Part shown: piece by piece, positions 41,762-52,758 of the stretch
Numbering within the stretch: position 1 is the stretch's first letter
Layout of the letters: each line of letters opens with the position of its first letter
Origin: Dehalococcoidia bacterium
Lineage (GTDB): Bacteria > Chloroflexota > Dehalococcoidia > Lucifugimonadales > UBA3495
Length of the DNA stretch: 64,000 bases
Assembly: GCA_030740155.1 (NCBI GenBank)
Contig: JASLXV010000054.1
Coordinates: 1-64,000 of the forward strand
Direction of reading: 5' to 3'
Program-made: the position numbers and the translations under genes
Notes under the pieces: generated by a model
What the model saw: only the letters and a program-made list of their open reading frames with translations
Database searches by the model: none
What the model was told of the DNA's origin: nothing

Positions 41762-41955
41762 CGTTGGTTTGCGGCTGACGGATTTGAGTTGTTACGCTGC
41801 GTGTTCGCACCCGGCCATCGCCCGGCCGTTCGTGAGTGGTCCCGGGTTTTTCACTATTCCTCCAGCGGCCATAAACGGTCACAGAACACAGGCAACCTGA
41901 TGAGAAATCGAGCCGACACAGACGCCACCAAGCCCAGAGAACAAGAACGTAATAT

Positions 41956-42003
41956 CTCCGTGCCTCCGTGCCTCCGTGCCTCTGTGCCTCTGTGCCTCAG
42001 TGG
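41956..42003. repeat. Tandem octamer (CTCYGTGC) x6
   Basis: ctccgtgc x3, ctctgtgc x2, ctcagtgg. Confidence 0.85.
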
Positions 42004-42031
42004 CTCATAAGGTTAGGGGGGAGGACCACCC

Positions 42032-42943
42032 ATGCCATCGCTAAAGATCGGCTTTATCGGCCTGGGCCGGATGGGCCTGCCCATGTCTTATCGCCTGCTC
42101 GCGGCCGGCTTCGACCTGACGGTCCACAACCGTAGTCAGGGCAAGGTGCGCCAGATCGCCGGGGCGGGCGCCCACCCGGCCGAGTCCGCCGACCAGGTCG
42201 TGCGCGAAACGGACATCGTCCTCGCCTGCCTGCCCGATGTCGCCACGGTGGAGCGAGTCTTTCTGGGTGAGGACGGCATCGTGGCCAGCGCCCGGCCCGG
42301 CCAGATACTGGTGGACCACAGTACCGTTGGCCTGGACCAGTCGAAGACCTGCGCCGCCGCCGCTGGGGAAAAGGGCGCCCTATTTCTCGACGCCCCGATC
42401 AGCGGCGGCACCGAGCGGGCCGGGGACGGCACACTTACCATCATGGCGGGCGGGCCTGCTGAAGCCTTTCGACGGGCGCTGCCCTCTTTCCAAGCCATGG
42501 GAACGACCGTGCGTCACATGGGGCCGGCGGGCACCGGCACCGTGGCCAAGCTGGTCAACCAGCTTCTGGTGGGCATCCACTCCGTGGCCGCGGCGGAGGC
42601 GATGCTCCTAGCCGCCAAATCGGGGGCCGATCCTGCGCTGGTTTTCGAGGTGGTCAACTCCGGTTGGGGGCAGAGCTTCATGCTGGCCCGAAACGCCCCG
42701 GTGATGCTGGACCGCAGCTTCGACGACGCCCGCGCCCCGCTGCGGACGCTGCTCAAAGACCTCCTCTTGATTCAAGAACTGGTCCGGAAGCTGGACGCGC
42801 CGACTCCGGGCGCCGACCTGGCCTTTCGGCTATTCTCGGAGGCGGCCGCGGCGGGCCTGGGCGACCTGGACGGCCCGGCCGTCGTGCTCCCCATGGAGGA
42901 GCGGGCGGGCTGCCGGATTGAACGAGTACCGTCCCGCGAGTAA
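42032..42943 (+). CDS. Beta-hydroxyacid dehydrogenase (3-HIBADH/GarR family)
   Basis: IGFIGLGRMG, LDAPISGG, KLVNQ. Confidence 0.9.
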   Translation: MPSLKIGFIGLGRMGLPMSYRLLAAGFDLTVHNRSQGKVRQIAGAGAHPAESADQVVRETDIVLACLPDVATVERVFLGEDGIVASARPGQILVDHSTVGLDQSKTCAAAAGEKGALFLDAPISGGTERAGDGTLTIMAGGPAEAFRRALPSFQAMGTTVRHMGPAGTGTVAKLVNQLLVGIHSVAAAEAMLLAAKSGADPALVFEVVNSGWGQSFMLARNAPVMLDRSFDDARAPLRTLLKDLLLIQELVRKLDAPTPGADLAFRLFSEAAAAGLGDLDGPAVVLPMEERAGCRIERVPSRE

Positions 42944-43053
42944 TCGTCTCGAAACCGCGGGCTCCGTTTCGGTCATATGACCACACCTCCGTGCCACGAC
43001 CCCCCCGGCGATGCTAGAATGATTGTCGAACAAATAATCACAGGTGCTGTTTA

Positions 43054-45990
43054 ATGCCCCAGGAATTCATATACGTCAAAGGCGCCAGGGAGCACAACCT
43101 CAAGAACATCGACGTGGCCATCCCCCGGGAGAAGCTGGTCGTCATCACCGGAGTTTCCGGGTCAGGCAAGAGTTCCCTGGCCTTCGATACCATCTACGCC
43201 GAAGGGCAGCGGCGCTACGTCGAGTCCCTATCCGCCTACGCCCGCCAGTTCCTAGGCCGCATGGACAAGCCCGACGTCGATTACATCGAGGGGCTCTCTC
43301 CGGCCATATCCATCGACCAAAAGGGCGTCTCCCACAACCCTCGCTCCACCGTGGGCACCGTTACCGAAGTCTACGACTACCTGCGGCTGCTCTTCGCCAG
43401 GGTGGGCCGGCCCCACTGCCCAAAATGCGGCCAGCCGGTGCAAAGACAGACCATCCAGCAGATCGCCGACTCCATCATGTCCCTCCCCGAGGGCAGCCGC
43501 ATCATGCTGCTGGCTCCCAAGGTGCGCCGCAGGAAAGGCGAGCACAAGGATGTCTTCGAGGCCGCCCGCAAATCCGGCTTCGTCCGGGTCCGGGTCAACG
43601 GCACCGTGCACCTGCTGGAGGAGCTTGGCGACCTGAACCTAGACAAGAAGAAGTGGCACTACATCGAGGTGGTGGTGGACCGGTTGATCGTCCGCCCGGA
43701 AACCGAGGTGAGCCGGGTGTCCGAGTCGGTGGAAGCGGCGCTACGGGAAGGAGATGGCGTCGTCCAGGTGGGCCGGGAGGGTGAGGAAGAGCTGGTCTTC
43801 TCCGAGCAGTTCGCCTGCGTCCAGTGCGGCACCAGCCTGTCGGAGATCGAGCCCCGCACCTTCAGCTTCAACAGCCCCCACGGCGCCTGTCCCGTGTGCA
43901 CCGGCCTCGGATACAAGCTCGAGGTCGACCCGGACCTGGTGATCTTCGACAAGAAACTGTCGCTGTTGGAAGGGGCCATAGCTCCCTGGAGCCGGGGCGG
44001 CACCTCCAGCAGCTGGTATCTGAGCCTGTTGGAGTCGGTGGCCGGGAGCCACGGTTTCTCGGCCAGTACGCCGGTCAAGGACCTGACCGAGAACCAGTTG
44101 AACATGGTCCTCTACGGCAACAAGTCCCGGAAAATCACCATCCGGCACAAAACCCAACATGGCCGCGTTTATAGCTGGAACACCACCTTCGAGGGGGTAA
44201 TTTCCAACCTGGAACGCCGCTACCGGGACACTGAATCAGACTATACCCGAGGGGAAATTGAGCGCTACATGGCCGCCCGGCCCTGCAAAACCTGCGGCGG
44301 CAAGCGGCTCCGGCCCGAGGCGCTCGCCGTCAGCGTCTGCGGCTTGGGGATCATGGACGTGTGCGCCAAGAACATCGGCGAGGCCCTCAACTGGGTGCGC
44401 GAGATCGACCCCGACGCCCCCGGTGACCATCCGGAAGGCGCCCTGTCCCGCCGGGACAAGACCATCGGCAATCAAATCCTGAAGGAGATCGAAGGCCGGC
44501 TGCGCTTCCTGGCGAACATCGGCCTCGACTATGTAACCATGGCCCGCACGGCCCGGACCCTCTCCGGCGGTGAAGCCCAGCGGGTCCGCCTCGCCACCCA
44601 GATCGGCTCCGGGCTGACCGGTGTTCTGTACGTTTGCGACGAGCCGACCGTCGGACTGCACCCCCACGACGACCACCTGCTGATCGGCACCCTGATCCGG
44701 CTGCGCGACATGGGCAACACCGTGATAGTGGTGGAGCACGACGAAGCGATGATGCGGGCCGCCGACTTCATCGCCGACCTGGGCCCCGGCGCCGGGGAGC
44801 ACGGAGGGCAGATCGTGGCCACCGGCACCATCGATGAGGTGATGCAGACGCCGGGGTCGCTGACGGGCCAATACCTCAGCGGAAAGAAGAAGGTGCCGAT
44901 GCCGGAAGGGCGCCGTCCGGGAAACGGCTCCTTCTTGACCATCGCCGGCGCCCGCGAAAACAACCTGCGGAACATCGACGTGGAGTTCCCTCTTGGGCTC
45001 CTGGCCTGCATTACCGGGGTCTCCGGCTCCGGCAAGAGTTCCCTGGTCTACGAGATCCTGTACAAGAAGCTGGCTCTGCTCATCAACCGGGCCAGAGACC
45101 TGCCCGGCGGCCACGACGACATTCTGGGAATCGAGAACATCGACAAAGTGGTGAACATCGACCAGTCACCCATCGGCCGGACCCCGCGCAGCAACCCGGC
45201 CACCTACACCGGGGCCTTCACGCCCATCCGGGAGCTGTTCGCCAACCTGCCCGAGGCCCGTATCCGGGGCTACCGGCCGGGCCGGTTTTCCTTCAACGTG
45301 AAGGGAGGCCGGTGCGAAGCTTGTCAGGGCGCGGGCTTCAATCAGATCGAGATGCAATTCCTCCCCGACGTCACCGTCCCCTGCGAGATTTGCCAGGGAC
45401 GCCGCTACAACCGGGAGGCCTTGGAGGTAACCCTCCGCGGCAAGAGCATCGCCGACGTGCTAAGCATGACCGTGGACCAGGGCCTGGAGTTCTTCTGGAA
45501 TTTTCCACGCATCAAGTCCAAGCTGGAGACCCTCCGGGACGTGGGCCTGGGCTACATCCGCCTGGGTCAACCGGCCACCACCCTCTCCGGCGGTGAGGCC
45601 CAACGGGTGAAGCTGTCCACCGAGCTATCCAAGCGGGCTACCGGCAGGACACTGTATCTGCTGGACGAACCGACCACCGGCCTCTCCTTCGAAGACTGCG
45701 CTGCCCTGCTGCGGGTGCTGCACCGCCTGGTGGACGCCGGCAACAGCATGTTTCTCATCGAGCACAACCTGGACATAATCAAGAACGCCGACTGGATCAT
45801 CGACCTGGGCCCGGGAGCGGGGGACGAAGGAGGCCGGCTTATCGCCACCGGCACCCCAGAGCAACTGGCCGAGAATCCCGACTCTTTCACCGGCCAGTAT
45901 CTGCGAAAGTTTCTCCCGGCGAAGGCGCCGGTGAAATCAAGAACGAAGGGGAAGGCGAAGGTGCCGGCGCCGGCCGCCGCGGGGAACTAG
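43054..45990 (+). CDS. uvrA: Excinuclease ABC subunit A
   Basis: GAREHNLKN, two GVSGSGKSS Walker A, LSGGEAQR x2, Zn fingers. Confidence 0.98.
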   Translation: MPQEFIYVKGAREHNLKNIDVAIPREKLVVITGVSGSGKSSLAFDTIYAEGQRRYVESLSAYARQFLGRMDKPDVDYIEGLSPAISIDQKGVSHNPRSTVGTVTEVYDYLRLLFARVGRPHCPKCGQPVQRQTIQQIADSIMSLPEGSRIMLLAPKVRRRKGEHKDVFEAARKSGFVRVRVNGTVHLLEELGDLNLDKKKWHYIEVVVDRLIVRPETEVSRVSESVEAALREGDGVVQVGREGEEELVFSEQFACVQCGTSLSEIEPRTFSFNSPHGACPVCTGLGYKLEVDPDLVIFDKKLSLLEGAIAPWSRGGTSSSWYLSLLESVAGSHGFSASTPVKDLTENQLNMVLYGNKSRKITIRHKTQHGRVYSWNTTFEGVISNLERRYRDTESDYTRGEIERYMAARPCKTCGGKRLRPEALAVSVCGLGIMDVCAKNIGEALNWVREIDPDAPGDHPEGALSRRDKTIGNQILKEIEGRLRFLANIGLDYVTMARTARTLSGGEAQRVRLATQIGSGLTGVLYVCDEPTVGLHPHDDHLLIGTLIRLRDMGNTVIVVEHDEAMMRAADFIADLGPGAGEHGGQIVATGTIDEVMQTPGSLTGQYLSGKKKVPMPEGRRPGNGSFLTIAGARENNLRNIDVEFPLGLLACITGVSGSGKSSLVYEILYKKLALLINRARDLPGGHDDILGIENIDKVVNIDQSPIGRTPRSNPATYTGAFTPIRELFANLPEARIRGYRPGRFSFNVKGGRCEACQGAGFNQIEMQFLPDVTVPCEICQGRRYNREALEVTLRGKSIADVLSMTVDQGLEFFWNFPRIKSKLETLRDVGLGYIRLGQPATTLSGGEAQRVKLSTELSKRATGRTLYLLDEPTTGLSFEDCAALLRVLHRLVDAGNSMFLIEHNLDIIKNADWIIDLGPGAGDEGGRLIATGTPEQLAENPDSFTGQYLRKFLPAKAPVKSRTKGKAKVPAPAAAGN

Positions 45991-46082
45991 CGCTCGCATT
46001 CATTTTTGTCACAGCCTCGGCGGTTTGATAGAATGGTTCGATAGAATGATTGACGCAATTCCCAACCAACGGGAGGATACCG

Positions 46083-46721
46083 ATGCCCCTTCACTACGAC
46101 GGTGAAGTCCGGATTAACAAGATCAACATGGGGCCTTACGGCAACAACGGTTACATCGTGGTGTGCCCGGAGACCAACGAGGGCATCATTATCGACACCC
46201 CTGCCGAGCCGGAAAAGCTCCTGAATGTGCTCGGCGATACCAAGATCAAGAATATTCTGATCACCCACAACCATCGAGACCACTTGCTGGGGTTTGATGA
46301 GATCACCGGCAGTGTCGGCGCTCCCGTGGGCATCGGCACCAAAGACGCCGGCGCGCTTCCCAAGCCCCCGGAAAACAATCTGGAAGACGGAGACGTGATC
46401 AAATTCGGCAACCGGGAACTCCAGGTGCTGGCCACCCCCGGCCATACCGACGGCGCCGTCTGCTTTCTCGTGGGGAAGCATCTCTTCTCCGGCGACACCC
46501 TGTTCCCCGGAGGCCCCGGCAAGACCCGCAGCCCCGAGGCCCTGCAACAGGTTATCGCTAGCATCACCGGCAAGCTCCTGGTGCTGCCGGACGAAACGGC
46601 GGTCTACCCCGGGCACGGTAACGACACCACCATCGGCACCGCCCGGCAGGAGTACCAGGTCTTCGCCTCTCAGCCCCACCCACCGGACCTTTGCGGAGAC
46701 GTCGCCTGGGTTGCCCAGTAA
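46083..46721 (+). CDS. MBL-fold metallo-hydrolase (glyoxalase II-like)
   Basis: THNHRDH, TPGHT, FSGDTLF, PGHG. Confidence 0.9.
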   Translation: MPLHYDGEVRINKINMGPYGNNGYIVVCPETNEGIIIDTPAEPEKLLNVLGDTKIKNILITHNHRDHLLGFDEITGSVGAPVGIGTKDAGALPKPPENNLEDGDVIKFGNRELQVLATPGHTDGAVCFLVGKHLFSGDTLFPGGPGKTRSPEALQQVIASITGKLLVLPDETAVYPGHGNDTTIGTARQEYQVFASQPHPPDLCGDVAWVAQ

Positions 46722-46853
46722 ACGCCATTTTGTGGCGCCACCCACACCCACCAAGAACCTCTCCGGGCTCCCGACAGCGGAAGCCTTTTCCGGCTGCCCT
46801 CCGGCAGGCACGGGAAGGGGCCGCGCCCCGGCGCCCGTAATATCAGGATAAAC

Positions 46854-48116
46854 ATGTTCCAACGCTCCGTCCTGGATAACCAGCTCCGGGTCCTGACCTC
46901 GGCCATAGCTCACACCAACTCGGTGTCCATGGTCATCTGCGTCGGCTCCGGCTCACGGTATGAGACCCCGGAAATGGCCGGGGTTTCCCACTTCATCGAG
47001 CATTTGCCCTTCAAAGGAACCAAGAAGTGGCCTACCGCCCGAGAGGTCAGCGAGGCCATCGAAGGGGTCGGCGGCATCATGAACGCCAGCACCGACCGGG
47101 AGATGACCGTCTTCTGGTGCAAGGTCGCCAAGGACCACTTCCACTCGGCCTTTTCCGTGCTGCTGGACATGATACTCAACCCGGTGCTGGACCCGGTTGA
47201 GGTGGAGAAGGAACGGGAGGTCATCCAGGAAGAGCTGCGGATGACCTACGACAACCCCACCTATAAGGTAGACCTCCTTATCGATGAGGCCCTGTGGCCG
47301 GACCAGGCCATGGGCCGGGACGTAGGAGGAACCGCCGAGACCGTCAGCGAGATCACCCGGGATAGCATCCACGAGTACATGCACCGTCAGTACAACCCGG
47401 CCAACACCGTGGTGGCCATCGCCGGCAACATAACCCACGAAGAGGTGCTGGACCAGGTGGATAAAGCCACCGGGAGTTGGAAACCTCAGCCGGCCCTGGA
47501 CTGGGAGCGGGTGACCCATCACGACGGCGGCCCCGTCGTCCGGATGGAACAGCGGCGCACCGACCAGACCCACCTTTGCCTCGCCCTTCCCGGCCTCTCC
47601 ATGGAGGACCCGGACCGGTATAGCCTCGCCATGCTCAACGTCATGCTGGGCGACGGGATGAGCAGCCGGCTGTTCTTGAATCTGCGGGAACAGCAGAGTC
47701 TGGCCTACGACGTCAGCAGCTCGACCAGCAGCTTCCGGGACTGTGGCTCGGTGGTGATCTACTGCGGTGTTGAGCCGAAGAAGAGCCGGGAAGCGGTCCG
47801 CGTGGTAGTCGGCGAGTTGGAGGGTATGCACCAAGAGGCTTCACAGCAGGAGCTGACCAAAGCCAAGGAGTACACCAAAGGCAGGCTGCTGCTGCGGATG
47901 GAAGACACCAGAGCGGTGGCGTCATGGCTGGCGTCCCAGGAACTCTTGCGGGACCGGGTCGCCACCCTGGACGAGGCGATCCAGAACATCGACGCCGTCA
48001 CCACCTCCGACGTGGCCAAAGTAGCTCGGAGGCTATTCGACGGGGACAAGCTCAAACTCGCCGTGGTCGGCCCCCACCGAAGCGATAAGCTGTTCCTCCG
48101 GGCATTGCGGTTCTAG
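46854..48116 (+). CDS. M16 family zinc peptidase
   Basis: HFIEH inverted zinc motif, NAST, GMSSRLF. Confidence 0.92.
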   Translation: MFQRSVLDNQLRVLTSAIAHTNSVSMVICVGSGSRYETPEMAGVSHFIEHLPFKGTKKWPTAREVSEAIEGVGGIMNASTDREMTVFWCKVAKDHFHSAFSVLLDMILNPVLDPVEVEKEREVIQEELRMTYDNPTYKVDLLIDEALWPDQAMGRDVGGTAETVSEITRDSIHEYMHRQYNPANTVVAIAGNITHEEVLDQVDKATGSWKPQPALDWERVTHHDGGPVVRMEQRRTDQTHLCLALPGLSMEDPDRYSLAMLNVMLGDGMSSRLFLNLREQQSLAYDVSSSTSSFRDCGSVVIYCGVEPKKSREAVRVVVGELEGMHQEASQQELTKAKEYTKGRLLLRMEDTRAVASWLASQELLRDRVATLDEAIQNIDAVTTSDVAKVARRLFDGDKLKLAVVGPHRSDKLFLRALRF

Positions 48117-48175
48117 TACACTGTCTCGTAAATAGCTTTACGTCGGCAAGATTTGGCGATATTTCTTCCCCCGAT

Positions 48176-48280
48176 CGTCTTTCCGGCGCAAGCCGGAATC
48201 CAGCCTCACCATCGTCATTCCGGCGCAGGCCGGAATCCAGGGAAGCGTTTGCTTGATCCCGGCCTTCGCCAGGATGACGG
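48176..48280. repeat. Composite REP-like element, two TTCCGGCGCA(A/G)GCCGGAATCCAG units plus inverted arm
   Basis: Direct repeats at ~48176 and ~48213; inverted GATCCCGGCCTTCGCCAGGATGACG. Confidence 0.75.
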
Positions 48281-48355
48281 GCCGTGCACCGAGCCGGACA
48301 TGAGGGCCTTCCCGCCAAGTGGGGCCCGGTACGCCAATGAGTCAATTGCGGAGGT

Positions 48356-49432
48356 ATGATGGACCCTTCCGACACAATCGAAGTTGACGGCCTGGAAGAG
48401 GCCTACGAAGCCATGTACCGGGAAGGCTGGACCGACGGCCTGCCCGCGGTCCCTCCCACCGACCGGCTTGTCCAGGCCGTGCTTGACTACCTCGGCCGGG
48501 ACCCCGAAGAGGTCATCGGCACGGTACCGCCTCAAAACAGGATCGCCACCGTGCAAAAGGTAGCCGTCAACTGCGTCATGGCCGGCTGCCGTCCCGAGTA
48601 CGTACCGGTGGTCATCGCCGCCCTAGAAGGTATGCTGGACGACGCCTTCAACCTGAACGGGGTCCAGGCCACCACCAACTGCATCAGCCCCTTGGCCATC
48701 GTCAGCGGGCCGGTGGTCGACCAATTGGGGTTCAACTACGGCGACAACGTCTTCGGCGGCGGCTCCAGGGCCAACGCCGCCGTGGGGCGGGCCATCCGCC
48801 TGATCCTCTGGAACCTGGGAGGCGGCTACGCCGGAGAAATCGACCGGGCGACATTCGGGCACCCGGGGAAGTACACCTTCTGCATCGCCGAAGACATCCA
48901 CAACAGCCCGTGGCAGTTGCTGCACCAGGACCGGGGTTTTCCCGGCGAAGGGTCGTACGTTACCGTCTTCGCCTGCGAGTCGCCCCACCACATAGCCACC
49001 GGCTCCGGCTACGTCCTTACCGGCACGGATGTCCTTAGCGTAATCGCCGACTGCATCTCCACGGCGGGTAGCGCCGCGATGAACGGCGGCGGACAGGTGC
49101 TTCTGGTCGTGGGACCGATGACCGCCCAGAAATTGGCCGCCGACGGGTACGACAAGGCCCGGGTGCGTCAGGAGCTTCATGAGCTTGCCCGGAAGCCGGT
49201 GAGCCTGATGAAGTCGAACAAATTCCTCAACCCCGACCATCCGTTTCACTGGGCCAACTTCGTGGACATCAACGACGATAACGCGATGATTCCGGCGCTC
49301 CGCCTCCCCGAGGACCTGCTGGTCATGGTGGCCGGTGGTTGGGGGTCCGGCTCCGGCTTCAACGCCGTGTGCCACGGCTGGATGCAGGCCGGGGGCCGGG
49401 CCCAAACCCGGCAAATCAAAATGCCAAGTTGA
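48356..49432 (+). CDS. Conserved uncharacterised protein (WTDGLPxxPPT family), putative partner of UGSC selenoprotein
   Basis: GWTDGLPAVPPT, AVNCVMAGC, NGVQATT, RANAAVGRAIRL, GHPGKY. Confidence 0.75.
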   Translation: MMDPSDTIEVDGLEEAYEAMYREGWTDGLPAVPPTDRLVQAVLDYLGRDPEEVIGTVPPQNRIATVQKVAVNCVMAGCRPEYVPVVIAALEGMLDDAFNLNGVQATTNCISPLAIVSGPVVDQLGFNYGDNVFGGGSRANAAVGRAIRLILWNLGGGYAGEIDRATFGHPGKYTFCIAEDIHNSPWQLLHQDRGFPGEGSYVTVFACESPHHIATGSGYVLTGTDVLSVIADCISTAGSAAMNGGGQVLLVVGPMTAQKLAADGYDKARVRQELHELARKPVSLMKSNKFLNPDHPFHWANFVDINDDNAMIPALRLPEDLLVMVAGGWGSGSGFNAVCHGWMQAGGRAQTRQIKMPS

Positions 49433-49547
49433 GCCAAGCCACGGGCCCAACCCTGGAACGAAAAGTCAGGGGCGGACTCCTGCCTTCAGGCAAGCACCAG
49501 GGTAAGGGGCGGGTAACCGCTGAAATCACCCGTTAACGGAGGACATC

Positions 49548-50078
49548 ATGGCCAAGATAATTCTTCACAGCCCGGTAGGCCACGAAGCGCCCCATGCCGA
49601 AGGGCTGGCGCCCTTGACCGATCCCCGGGGAAGCCGGGTGGCCTTTCTTTTCAACGGCCACGTATCGGTGCTCCCCTTCTGGAAGAACCTGGAGCAGGAG
49701 ATAATGCTCCGGTGCGAGCCGGAGTCCATCAGCAAGGTGGTCAAGCCCAACACCTTCGCTCCCGCATCCGCCTCCGACATCCAGGAGTTGTCTTCGGCCG
49801 ACCTGGCTCTGGTAGGCGTGTGCGCTTGAGGGTCCTGCACTTCCGGCTCCGTGCGAGACGGTATCAACCTGGAGCGGGCCGGTGTCCCGGCCCTCGTCAT
49901 TTCCCACGACGTGTTCGAAAAGGCGGCCCAAGCCCAATCCAAGGCCCTGGGTTTGGCCGACCTCCGGCTCATCGTCTACAACCAGCCCAAGGGCGAAGCG
50001 GAGGATGTAGAGGGGGCAGCCGCGGCTCGATCTGTGGTGGACCGGTTGCTCGAGATGGTGCGGGACGCTTCTGGTTGA
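49548..50078 (+). CDS. UGSC-motif selenoprotein (Sec at TGA 49827-49829)
   Basis: ORFs 49548-49829 and 49851-50078 are in frame; read-through gives VGVCA-U-GSCTSGSVRDGINLERAGVP; 176 aa; hairpin CCGT-GCGAG-ACGG at 49849-49861. Confidence 0.85.
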
Positions 50079-50197
50079 TCATCTCGCGCCTTCCCGCCCG
50101 GTAGCGCCGCCACCGGGCATCGGCCTGGTGGCCCGTTCAATCAAAGCCGGCCTTCGCCTTGGCCCGAATCGGTGAGAGCCCGGTGGATCACGCCGCG

Positions 50198-50998
50198 CTA
50201 GATCGCTGAAGCATCGAATTCCGGCGCCACCGGGTTCCGCAGCACTCCAATTCCTGGGATGTCGACTTCCACCGTATCGTCGGGCCTAATAGCCTTGGTG
50301 ACGCCGGTGGTACCGGAGTAAACCAGGTCGCCGGGGTGAAGCGTCACCTGCTGGCTGATGTAGCTGACAATCTCGAAGAAAGTAAACAGCATGTCCTTGG
50401 TGTGAGCCCTCTGTACCTCCACACCGTTGACCCGGACTATCAACTCCAAATTCTGCGGGTTGATATCCGTCTCGATCCAGGGACCGATCGGGGCGAAGGT
50501 GTCCGAGCCTTTGGCCCGCCAGAAACTCCGGTCGTCCTTTTGCCAGGCTCGCTCGCTCACGTCGTTGCCGCAGGTGTAGCCCAGGATGTACTTGCGGGCC
50601 TCGGCGGGCGTTATACGGCGGCAAGGCTTGCCGATGACCGCCACGGCTTCACCTTCGTAGTGCACATCACCATCGGAGTCTCTGGGGATTATTATCGGAT
50701 CGCAGTGTCCCACCAGAGCGCTGCGGGCTTTGAGCCAGGGCTCGGGATGCTCCGGCGCCGCCGGCGTCGAATTTCCGGACATCGATGCGGCGAACTCCAG
50801 ATGATCCGCGAAATTCATGCCCGGCGCCCACATCTCAGTCGGCTCCGTCGGGGGGAGCAGTTTGACATCAGACAGCTTATATTGAATGTCGGTCATCCTG
50901 AACTGGGTGTAGATACTGCCCCGGATTTCAATCACGTCCTCCCCCTGCACCACCCCATACGCTACTCTTCTGGCGGCACGAAACCGCGCGATTTTCAT
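50198..50998 (-). CDS. Fumarylacetoacetate hydrolase family protein
   Basis: VHYEGE, GYTCGNDVSER, RAKGSDTFAPIGPWI, TLHPGD. Confidence 0.9.
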   Translation of the reverse strand: MKIARFRAARRVAYGVVQGEDVIEIRGSIYTQFRMTDIQYKLSDVKLLPPTEPTEMWAPGMNFADHLEFAASMSGNSTPAAPEHPEPWLKARSALVGHCDPIIIPRDSDGDVHYEGEAVAVIGKPCRRITPAEARKYILGYTCGNDVSERAWQKDDRSFWRAKGSDTFAPIGPWIETDINPQNLELIVRVNGVEVQRAHTKDMLFTFFEIVSYISQQVTLHPGDLVYSGTTGVTKAIRPDDTVEVDIPGIGVLRNPVAPEFDASAI

Positions 50999-51188
50999 TC
51001 TGTAGCTACCTCTCGGCCCTGTTCCTGAGGGTACTCGGTGGGGATTGTAACCTTTCCTGAGGGGCGCCACAAGGGCCAAAACACGTTGCTTGGAAGACCC
51101 GTCGGAGATTAGAATACCACTCTGGCGCATCCGTGATCGGTCCGAACTTGCCAAACAATTCGAAGCGCCGTATCTGGGAGGGTCCACC

Positions 51189-52202
51189 GTGAAGGTTGGT
51201 TTCTTTGTCAACGCTCAACATCCGCAAGACGAGTCGATGCCTCAAAAGATTCAGGCAAACGTGGAACAGGTCAGGGCGGCCCGTGACGCCGGCTTCGACC
51301 TGATCTGCGCCGCCCAGCACTACCTGTCGGCGCCCTACCAGATGTGCACCACCTTCCCCCTACTGGCAAGGATGGCGGCGGAGGCCGGCGAGATGGAATT
51401 GGCCGCCACCGTGGTCCTGCTGCCCCTCCACAATCCGGTGGAGTTGGCCGAGAGCGTCGCCACCATGGATGCTATCTGCGGAGGCCGCTTCATCCTCGGC
51501 ATCGGCCTGGGCTACCGGGATGAAGAGTACACTGCCTTCGGCATCCGGCGGAGCGAACGGGTGGGCCGGATGCATGAGGCCCTGAAGGTGATGAAACTTC
51601 TCTGGGGTGAGGAAGAGGTGGAGTTCCAGGGGAAGTACTACCAGGTGCCACGGGTCAAGCCGGCCACTCGCACCGTCCAGAAACCTCACCCTCCCATCTG
51701 GGTGGCGGCCAACAACGATGTCGCCATCCGCCGGGCCGCCCGATGGGGCTATCCCTGGCTGATCAACCCCCATGCCACCGTGCCGATGGTCGCCGGCCAA
51801 TTCCAGCGCTACCTCGAGGAACTCAAGCTGGCCGGGCAGCCAACCCCCCAGGTATTGCCCATGATGCGGGAGCTGTACGTTGCCAGTGACCGGGAGACCG
51901 CCTACCAGGAGAGCCGGCCCTATCTGGAGGGGAAATACGCAGCCTACGCCGCCTGGGGTCAGGACAAGGCCCTGCCCGGCGACGAGAGCTTCAGCATTCC
52001 CTACCAAGACTTGGCCCGGGACCGCTTCTTGCTGGGGTCCCCGGACGACGTGGTCCGGGAGATGCTGCGCTACCGGGACGAACTGGGCGTCAACTACCTG
52101 ATTTTCCGGATGCAATGGCCCGGCATAGAGCAAGAGAAGGTGCTCCGGCAGATCGAACTCATGGGCCGGGAAGTGATCCCCCGGGTCAAAGCTGCCGCGT
52201 AG
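51189..52202 (+). CDS. LLM-class flavin-dependent oxidoreductase
   Basis: PLHNPVELAE, GRFILGIGLGYR, QKPHPPIWVAA, LLGSPDDV. Confidence 0.9.
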   Translation: MKVGFFVNAQHPQDESMPQKIQANVEQVRAARDAGFDLICAAQHYLSAPYQMCTTFPLLARMAAEAGEMELAATVVLLPLHNPVELAESVATMDAICGGRFILGIGLGYRDEEYTAFGIRRSERVGRMHEALKVMKLLWGEEEVEFQGKYYQVPRVKPATRTVQKPHPPIWVAANNDVAIRRAARWGYPWLINPHATVPMVAGQFQRYLEELKLAGQPTPQVLPMMRELYVASDRETAYQESRPYLEGKYAAYAAWGQDKALPGDESFSIPYQDLARDRFLLGSPDDVVREMLRYRDELGVNYLIFRMQWPGIEQEKVLRQIELMGREVIPRVKAAA

Positions 52203-52210
52203 CGCGCCGG

Positions 52211-52340
52211 TGGTGACATGATCGCCTCCCAACAGGGAAGGGCTCCCCCTAAGGCCCGTCGTTCCCATCGCTCGTTGTTGCTCCTTTGGATTCAATGAAA
52301 CTATCTCCCTCCTCATCAACGTGACATCATCACTGGCCTG
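52211..52340 (-). mobile_element. Possible ISNCY/IS1202-like end remnant
   Basis: Two GTGACATNATCRC motifs (52213, 52321) and a stub MRREIVSLNPKEQQRAM resembling transposase N-termini. Confidence 0.3.
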
Positions 52341-52346
52341 GCAGGG

Positions 52347-52394
52347 CCCTCACCCTCGTTCCCTCTCCCGCGGGAGAGGGAACGAGGGTGAGGG
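52347..52394. repeat. Perfect 48-bp palindrome
   Basis: CCCTCACCCTCGTTCCCTCTCCCG|CGGGAGAGGGAACGAGGGTGAGGG. Confidence 0.9.
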
Positions 52395-52758
52395 TTCAAT
52401 TTGCTCGCGGAGGCCAGCATCGTCCAGGATAATCAAAGGGCCTTCTGAACTACCACACCAAAGCTTGACGCAACATCCCGGCAAGTATATGCTCCCCGTT
52501 GGGATGTGGGCACCGTGTCGCGTCGACGCCGGGACCCACCAGCTACGAGGTTTGGACATACACTGGCCGGAGAAGCAGGGGGCGGGGATAGTGAGGTTGC
52601 CCGGGCTCGATTCACGGCCCCCCTTTCCGGCGAATCCTTCAGCGCGACCCGTTGACATGCCGCTCGTTGTCGCTCCACTTCCCAGGGCTCCCGTTCCGGT
52701 CAGGCAGCGGTTGGCTGCCGGCTCGACCGAATCGTTCATCATGGAGTGTGCGTAAGAT

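Noticed and set aside
41956..42003. CRISPR array
   Set aside because: 8-bp tandem units without spacers; no cas genes in window
43027..43039. LexA box upstream of uvrA (CGAACAAATAATC)
   Set aside because: Only the GAAC half matches GAAC-N4-GTTC; too weak to call
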